Of a stretch of 64,000 bases of DNA, positions 55,150 through 64,000 are shown one piece after another. This stretch comes from Eledone cirrhosa (Eukaryota): positions 27,776,001 to 27,840,000 of the forward strand of contig OZ024743.1 in NCBI GenBank assembly GCA_964016885.1, read 5' to 3'. The position numbers were made by a program, and so were the translations under genes. How positions within the stretch are numbered: the first letter of the stretch is position 1; each line of letters opens with the position of its first letter. The notes under the pieces were generated by a model. The model was not told where the DNA came from, ran no database searches, and saw nothing but the letters and a program-made list of their open reading frames with translations.

Positions 55150-56208
55150 ATGATGAATCTGGCTGCGAGTTTTCTATTTTTGTTCGTAACTTGGGAGTAA
55201 CACCATTATGTCTGCCAATCATATTCGCAGCACCGTCAGTAAATAAGCATGCAATTTACTCAAATCAAACCATAGTCATGCAGAACCTGCTCGACCTTCT
55301 CAAAGATGCCCTCGTTTGTTATAGTGTCATGCATGGGGGCCAGTTCAATCAGTTCTTCATAAATATTAAATTCACGGTCACAGGCCGTGATTAAGAATGC
55401 AAGCTGTGCTATTCCAGTGATGTCAACGGTCTCATCAATAGCAATAGAAAAATGTTCAAACCTTGATGATACAGCCTTCAACTGTTGTTTCAGATCACCT
55501 GACTTTTCATCAATCTGTTCAACAACAGTGTTCCTGGTTAATGAAATGTCTTTGAATAACTTTCTCTGGACATACAATTTCAGCTGTTTTTACAAAGTCT
55601 TCTTCACTGTAACATTTCCCACTCATGGCGTTCATTCGCCTGAGTTCATAGTAACGGAAGCGGCATTCTCTTCCTGAACTGACATAAAACAGGTCTGTTG
55701 CTGTGTCAAGTAAGCCTTCAATTCCTTGAGTCTTGAAACATGCATTGGGCCTTCATATTTATCGTAAGATCGATGGTTCGTTTCATAATGCCTTTTCAAA
55801 TTGTACTGTTTTAGCTGGCGATGCAGTTGTTGCAAATTAAACAGTGTATCTTTCCGTGGTGCAAAAATAGTGTAATTCCTACTTTTCTTGAAACACTCAC
55901 CCTTCTTCGTTCAATTTCCTTTTTTTCTCTTAGCCGGGGGAGCACTAGCCATTTTAAAAGAAAAAACATTTGAAATTTTGAAAGAAAGTTTTCTGTTTAC
56001 AACTGATAATGAGCTGCGCGTGATTCGTTGGAAGTTAAAAGTAGTTGACAAAAATTGCACAAAAAAAAAGAACAATCGCATCGAAATGTTTTTAAATTTT
56101 ATATTACGAAGATAAAACATGCCCGCGCTGTAAAAACCTTTGTGCAAGCCGCAGGTGTCCTTGCAAAGGACCACATGCGGACCGCAGGCCGCATGTTTGA
56201 GATGCCTC
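55150..56208 (-). mobile_element. hAT transposon remnant (SPIN/Charlie/GTF2IRD2-like)
   Basis: Minus-strand pieces 'MASAPPAKRKK', 'KQYNLKRHYETNH', 'ISLTRNTV', 'FSIAIDETVDITGIAQLAF'. 5' end aggcatctcaaacatgcggcctgcggtccgc is Charlie-like. Confidence 0.85.
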
Positions 56209-56213
56209 GTCTT

Positions 56214-56797
56214 AGATGAGAAACAAAACGACGATGTAGTTTATGGAACACCCAAATGATTTAGAAGTCGACCTTAAGTATGAGCAATAACATTGAGAAA
56301 GTCATGAACGACACCACATCATTTTGTTTCGAAAAGTTTGAAAGTAGGTTTATAAGTATGAATTTTCATTAGATTTTTGTAGCTGTCTCAGTGTCCGAGC
56401 AGACTACTAGAGACGGTAGAGATTCTGGTCTTGGGTTCAATCATGGTCAAGAAATACATATAATCTTTTTCAGATTTTAGTTTACAGTCCATAGAAAATA
56501 AACTGAAAAGGTTTACTGTGAACACTACTCTCGGTCAGGACCGAACTCAAACCAGCATCACCCCCGGCTATGATTCTTCCAGCTAGACCGCCGAGACAAC
56601 AACAAATGTATTATGAAAATCAATAATTATAAACCCACTTTCAAAATCATGTCTTTCCTAGTGCTACTAGTCATAATTAGGGTCGACTTGTCAATCTTCT
56701 GTCTCTTTCGTAACAACCTTATTATTCCTATGTATGTTTAATTGTTGGAACAAACAAATATTATATATATATATATATATATACATATTTGTGCATA

Positions 56798-56835
<38 letters not shown>

Positions 56836-57528
56836 GCCAATCATTGTAAGCTTGAATCTAACTGACATGAATAAGGTAAGCCCAAATCATGGTAGGTTCA
56901 AATATCAGAGAGGGGGGGGGGGATGAGGTGCGACAGAAATAAAACATGGATTACAGGTTAAAATATAGTCTAGATAGATGAGAAACAAAACGAGGATGAT
57001 TTAGAATTCGACCTTAAGTAGGACAATAACATTGAGAAAGACATGAACGACACCAATCACTTTGTTTTGAAAATTTTGAAAGTAGGTTTATAAATATGAA
57101 TTTTCACGCGCTTTTTATAGTTGTCTCTATGGCCTAATGCTAGGTACTTGAACCGGTGGAGATCCCCGTCTTGGGTTCAATCCTGGTCAATAGGTGCACG
57201 TAATCTTTTTCAGTTTTTATTTTATATGCCATAGAAAAAAACTGAAAATATTTACCAGGAACCCTACTCCCGACCAGATTAAACTTCAAACCAGGATCAC
57301 CACCGTCTATGACTCCTCCAGCTAGCCCACCGAGGAGACAGCTACAAAGGTATAATGAAAATTGATAATTATAAACCTACTTTCAAAATCAAAGTTAAAA
57401 AGATGCGGTGTCATGGCTTTCCAAAAGCTATTACTCATATTTAGGGTCGACATGTCAATCTTCTGATTGTTTGGTAACAACCTATTATTAACTGCTGAAT
57501 TAATTTAATTTAATTATTTTAACAAACA

Positions 57529-57580
<52 letters not shown>

Positions 57581-57771
57581 AAACATAAATTATCGAGATT
57601 CGCATTTCGGCCCACGAAATAACGAAAAACAACCTCCGAGATGTGCGGCAAGTGCTCAATGATTCAGATGAACCAGAGCTATAACAAACGTTAAAGGCCA
57701 AACACACTGAGACGATGGTTAAACAATCATTCGCATAGCCAAAAGAAAACGATCAAGTAATTCGGGTAATG

Positions 57772-57815
<44 letters not shown>

Positions 57816-58062
57816 ATGTAGAAAGGCTTCTTTAGGACTAGAACTGTTTCATTCCGGAGAAATCATCATATATATATATATATACATAATGCCAATCATT
57901 GTAAGTTTGAATCTAACTGACACGCAAAAACATATATATATATATATGGTAAGCGCAAATCAAAGTAGATTCAAATATTACAGAGAGTGAGAGAGAGAGG
58001 AGGGGGAACATGAGGTGCGACAGAAATGAAACATGGATTACATGTTAAAATATAGTCTAGAT
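56214..58062. repeat. Diverged tandem duplication (56214-56975 and 56976-58062), each unit with a ~430-bp imperfect palindrome
   Basis: Both units start agatgagaaacaaaacga and end gttaaaatatagtctagat. Palindromes at 56265-56689 and 57008-57450. Confidence 0.85.
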
Positions 58063-59881
58063 CAGGTATGACAAGCTGAAGATCCCCCGAAGGCCACATG
58101 GATCACATATGTGACTAATATGCAACTAATTGCACACATTACATCTAATTTTTTTAATTTTATATTCCGAAGATAAAACATGTTCGTGCTGTAAACACCT
58201 TTGTGTGAGCCGCATGATTCACATGCCTGGATTAAAATGTTTAATGAAGCCGGTAGAAAAACCGAATAATTTGTTCCATTTCAAGAAAACGAAGCGTCAG
58301 ATCTCACCAATTTACTGTCTTTCGTTCTCTACATTGATTAGTCTAGCTGAAACCAGCAAATAAATCATTCCTTAAGCATATCATACAGTCTTAAATTCAG
58401 ACTAGTTATATTAGGTATATGTCCCATTAAAGGTGGAATATCCATGCACAAAACACCTTTGATTAGAGCGAAACAACCAATCTGGTAGAAATAATCACAG
58501 ACATTACTTCATTTATTAATTTGGGTCCCTCCTTGTCGTTTCAGTAACCAGTTTCCGCAGGGTTAGTGACTACATTACACATTAATAGACTCTCGCCAAT
58601 AGGAGCTTAGATAGAAGCCAATGGCATCACCAAAGGCTTCGACCATTCTTGAGATGAGAAAGTCCAAGCAATGCTATTCACTTGTCGGTATACATACGTA
58701 AGAAACAATATTTGTTTCTTACGGGACATCCTTCTTTGCATCATATGCTGAGTAGACAATATCCATCCTACTGGATCTCTTTGTTTCCTTTTTTATGTAA
58801 AGTGGCAACGTACAGCCAGTTTTAAAGAGAACTTTATTATAATGCAGTCTGTCTGTGATTGCTTGCTTGTGTCCATTTTCACTCGCAATCCTTTCATAAA
58901 GTGAAAAATCAATGAATCCTGTGTCGGGAACAAAGGCCGACGACGCTCTACAATCACGGGGGTCCAGTGCGGAAATCCTCGATCATTAGCAATTCCCAAG
59001 TCAGAGATCACGTAGATGAAGGCCAGATACCGATTCAAAATTCAGCTTGACAGTAGAAATCCAGGTTTATAGCTGCCAACCTCGCCCAGGTATGACTGTA
59101 TTGCGGAAGGAGTATCCGAGTGAACGACGATTTATGTCGTGATCAAACTAATGGAGGCGCATTTTGAATAAACGTTATTGAAGTGAATTAAACCGGTAAC
59201 ATCGTCAAACTTTGAGGATTGATACAAGATCCAAGACACGAAACGGATGATACGGTGAAGGCAAAAGAATTCAAGTACTTCCGCCCAAGCATGTTGGAAA
59301 CATCTGGCACTAAAAGATGAGTTTTGTTTGATCGGTAAATAGTAGTTTTCTATAATACTATATAGATTTCTTAATTGCTAGTTACCTGAATAGTGGCAGT
59401 GAAACTAGCCTGGAAGAATTGTTTGCTAATTGTGGAATTCATAGAATTATCATTATACAAATAGAAACCGAAGTTTACCAGAAAAAAATTATTTAAGAAC
59501 TGAACCAAATATGAAAAAAAATTTAACAAAGTAAATATCGAAATAATAATGAAATAATATAGAAATAATATAGAATATATAGCTTATTGTTCAATATATT
59601 TTCATGGACGTATTTTAATGTTGGTTAATTCACATATTGTTATGTATTGTTGTTTCATTATCTTTTTGCTGGAAGACGTTTTATTTGTTTAATTTTCTGG
59701 TTCAATTATCTATCTTCAGCTATATTTGATTTTGGTTTTGTACGTTATAAGTTATCTTAAAATGTATTTATACATCATTTTTTCTTTATTTGTATGTACT
59801 ATTTTTATATTTTTACATATTTGGAAAAAGTAATCGATTATAGTTCTTATCTATTTTGGGAGTGTCTGAAGCCTGTGTATG

Positions 59882-60162
<281 letters not shown>

Positions 60163-60201
<39 letters not shown>

Positions 60202-60234
60202 ATGTATGTATATATATATATATATTTATATATA

Positions 60235-60283
<49 letters not shown>

Positions 60284-60298
60284 ATATATATATATACA

Positions 60299-60369
<71 letters not shown>

Positions 60370-60429
60370 CCATATATATATACATATATATATGATGTAT
60401 ATATATATATATTTATATATATATATATG

Positions 60430-60463
<34 letters not shown>

Positions 60464-60524
60464 CCATATATATACATATATATAAATATATATATATATA
60501 TACCATATATATACATATATATAA

Positions 60525-60556
<32 letters not shown>

Positions 60557-60647
60557 ATTATATATATATATTTATATATATATATATACATGCATACACA
60601 TATACATACATGCACACACATATATATATATACATGCATATACATAC

Positions 60648-60695
<48 letters not shown>

Positions 60696-60705
60696 GCATA
60701 CACAT

Positions 60706-60780
<75 letters not shown>

Positions 60781-60790
60781 TATATAGAGA
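60163..60790. repeat. Long interrupted (TA)n tract, representative of dozens of TA/CA/GA tracts in the window
   Basis: Directly visible. Others include 357-462, 7664-7990, 9765-9882, 36083-36365 and 62211-62347. Confidence 0.97.
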
Positions 60791-61339
60791 GAGATATAAA
60801 TTCATGCGTATACAGACAAAAGCATCGCACTAATTCGGGCGAGGGTGCAAAGCACTTCATCATTCGATGCACACTTGCATTGTGGTGAATAACTGCATGT
60901 ATGTGGGCAGGTAAGTCGGTAGGTGGGTACATATTTACACATTTTTTAAATGTTGTGTAACTAGTTGCTGAATCATATCTGCTAGCTATCGATCTACCTA
61001 TCTATCTATCATTTTCTCTCTCACTCACTTTCATTCTCTCTTGTATATATGTGTATATGTGTGTGCGTATGTGTGCATGTGTATGTGTGTGTGTGTGTAT
61101 GTATGCGCGTGTGTGTGTGTGTGTGTGTGTGCATACATGAAGAGATAAAAAAAACATTTAAGAAATGTTTTAGAAGACATAGAATCCGCAAATGGATTTC
61201 ATTCCTACTTTCCCGTGTGTTCCACATCTAATCATACATAAATATAAAGCTTCAAGTACTTTGCGTTCCTTCTTAACTCATAAATCCATGCATATAAATA
61301 GTCAAATATGTAAGAGAAAATATATGGCCCTATATCTGT

Positions 61340-61417
<78 letters not shown>

Positions 61418-62207
61418 CATTTAAGCTAATGGTCAATATCTCATATTAAATGTTTAGTAATGATTAATATGAAATGCACTTATACCGAATTCTATATTAT
61501 AAATTCACTTAAATAATTATCGTGTCGTCTTGAGTTCGTTATGAGTCTCTTTTTTATAAAAAGATGTCACAGAGTGTACAATAGATAATGATTACAACAT
61601 TGTTGAGCAACAACTCTAGTCCCACACTTTTGAAGGTTTATTATAACATTCTGTGGCTCTTTTGAACTTGCACATTTTTCAGGTCTAGTTTAATATTTTT
61701 TTAAGGCAACGCTTGTAATAACTCTAGTTAAACATGATATATATTAATAATAAATTATCGTTGTAATGTTATTATAATTGTTATTTTATAAATGATCTTA
61801 TAAATATTATTGTAAGATGTGTAAAGATATTTTCAGACTTTTAATATAAACAACTACAAAAAACAATCAATATTAAATAAATATATTTAACATAATAATT
61901 GTTATAGTTGAATAATAAAAATTAAATATTACATAAAAATAGTCTATAATAATAAAATAAATAATCTAACATAATAATAATAAAATAATCTAACATAAAA
62001 CGAACAATAAAATGGACAAATATACAAGTAAATATGATACAACCAATATTATAAGCATGTTATAACGAACGAATGTTATGGCCAGCGACACCCCTTGAAT
62101 TTTTTATTCACAAGCTACGCATATATGTCAGAAACGCAGACTTAAAACATTCTGTTGTTAGTCACTGCGTGTCTAACAGATGTATATATATATACTGCGT
62201 GTCTAAC

Positions 62208-62349
<142 letters not shown>

Positions 62350-62401
62350 CAACAGAATGCTTTAAGTCTGCGTTATATATATATATATATATATATATAT
62401 A

Positions 62402-62617
62402 GGAAGGCGTGTGGCTGAGTGGTTAGAGAATTGGATTCACAATCTTGAGGTTGTGAGTTCGATTCCTGGACAGGGCGGTGCGTTATGTCCTTGAGCAAGG
62501 CACTTTATTTCACGTTGCTCCTTCTACCTGGAGTTGCGACCGATAGATAGTATTAGCAACTGGAAAGACCAGCGGAAACATTGTTTCCTCGGTCCGATTT
62601 GACGAAAGTCGATCGCT
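62402..62617 (+). mobile_element. Second tRNA-derived SINE family (octopus OR-like); partial copy at 32609-32725
   Basis: A-box tggctgagtgg, B-box gagttcgattcc, then tgtccttgagcaaggcacttt. The 3' part matches 32609-32725. Confidence 0.8.
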
Positions 62618-62621
62618 AAGA

Positions 62622-62914
62622 TATATAGGAAAATGTATGACCCCGCCGGCAGAGCTCAAGCCGTTTCGACGGCTATTTCTAAATTAGAATTTTTAGCGTG
62701 GTAAATAAATAGCCGAACTTTTCAAGGGGTAGGTTCGGCTATTTATTTACCACGCTAAAAATTCTAATTAAGTCCAGAAATAGCCGTCGAAACGGCTTGA
62801 GCTCTGCCGTCGGGGTCATACATTTTCCTATTACCCACTCTACTAGCCTAAGTATTGAGTACTCTCTCTGGTGCGTTATGGTCCATCTGGTTCCTTACCA
62901 CACCTCGTTCGTTA
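62622..62914. mobile_element. Longest family A fold-back element, containing a decayed full hammerhead
   Basis: Hairpin about 62625-62831. Minus strand of the left arm reads acccc-TTGAAAA-gtt-cggctattt...aaatagccg-tc-GAAAC-ggc..gcc-GGC-ggggt; the right arm retains GTC. Confidence 0.82.
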
Positions 62915-63796
62915 TATACTTATCTAGTTGTTTCGCAAGAATCATAAATTTGCAATCGTGTGCTTTTATTCCTAAATATACTAATATGTATATATACATG
63001 TTGCCCCAAAATGACTGACTGAACACATACATGCTTTTTTTCTTGTTTCTGTCTTCTGATGATGGGGTATACTCCAAAACATTATAACTCTTTTCCTACT
63101 ATATCAAGAGTTAAACTAATATTTCTTCATTGTGGTGTATTATTTGCTTTGAGGTTTTCGTTTCATTTCGCATACACATACATATACATACACACACACA
63201 CACTCTTTCTCTCTCTCTTTCTCACACACACAAACATACACACACACACATATTTACGGTATCAGAACATATCAATTATGTATGATATTTCTGCTTCTCG
63301 GTAGAAAAGCTCACTGGACATTAGATATACTAGCAGAAAAACCACCCGCCGGATAGTTTTCTGCTAGCATGTGTAGTGTGCATATTGATATTACATGCAA
63401 AAATACATGCATGTAGATATGATATGTCAAATAAAATCGTAATTGACAATATGCAGTGAGATTGAAGAGAGACTGTGTTAGACTCACTTCTGTAATCAAT
63501 AAAGTAACCCATGATACATTTTAAAAATATGATATTATATATAAACTGCATTACGGTGAAATGTAATGAAACCTTATATAACGCTGCAAATATACGGATG
63601 TTTATATAAGCAATGTAATAAGTGTTATGATATAATGGACGCTAACCGGAAGTGTAGACATTTGAACATTTTAAAAGAAGTGAATCTTAAAATAAACAAT
63701 CATTATATATAAGAATATTTATGTTTAATCAACAGCTACGAAATTTAGTAGATAAATTATGTAATATTCGTTAATTATTTATTCACAGAAAATAAA

Positions 63797-63985
63797 GGGC
63801 GGTGGATTGGCAGTATCAGTAGAGGGTCGGACGCCATGCTTTCCAGCATAGTTACGTCCCTTTACGATCTGAGTTCAAATCCCGCCGAGGTTGACTTTGC
63901 CTTTCATCCTTACGGAGTCGATAAAATAAAGTACCAGTAATGCACTGGGTAATTGCTGGCCTTGTGCCTAAAGTAGAGACAACTA
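63797..63985 (+). mobile_element. tRNA-derived Nin-domain SINE (octopus OK-like), full length
   Basis: A-box tggcagtatcagtag, B-box gagttcaaatcc, core gcctttcatccttacggagtcgataaaataaagtacc. Confidence 0.85.
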
Positions 63986-64000
63986 TTTATTCAAAGTAAT

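Noticed and set aside
58500-59330. Possible LINE ORF1-like remnant on the minus strand ('TPVIVERRRPLF')
   Set aside because: The similarity is too weak to call without a profile search.
62402-62475. Possible tRNA gene
   Set aside because: A and B boxes run directly into a SINE body, and no convincing cloverleaf acceptor stem is present.

Overview
AT-rich eukaryotic genomic DNA, very rich in (TA)n/(CA)n/(GA)n microsatellites. The tRNA-derived Nin-domain SINEs suggest an octopus or other coleoid cephalopod (inference). The only supportable host gene is a divergent small/intermediate-conductance Ca2+-activated K+ channel (SK/KCNN-like, 24414-25850 +) whose CDS lies in a single exon. The rest is transposon-derived: a nearly intact Penelope-like element (PLE; RT plus GIY-YIG, one in-frame stop), other PLE fragments, two RTE-like LINE insertions with 5' inversions, a decayed R4/Dong-like element, Tx1/L1-like remnants, a deleted mariner, a hAT remnant, a non-autonomous Helitron, MITE-like palindromes and many SINEs. 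The main hidden signal is at least seven sequence-distinct families of short elements that sit in or against (TA)n tracts and carry type I hammerhead ribozyme motifs (CUGANGA-stem II-GAAA-stem III-UH). They usually form fold-back structures whose turn or truncation points cluster at the ribozyme. All calls were read by eye; repeat boundaries are approximate and no searches or folding programs were run.
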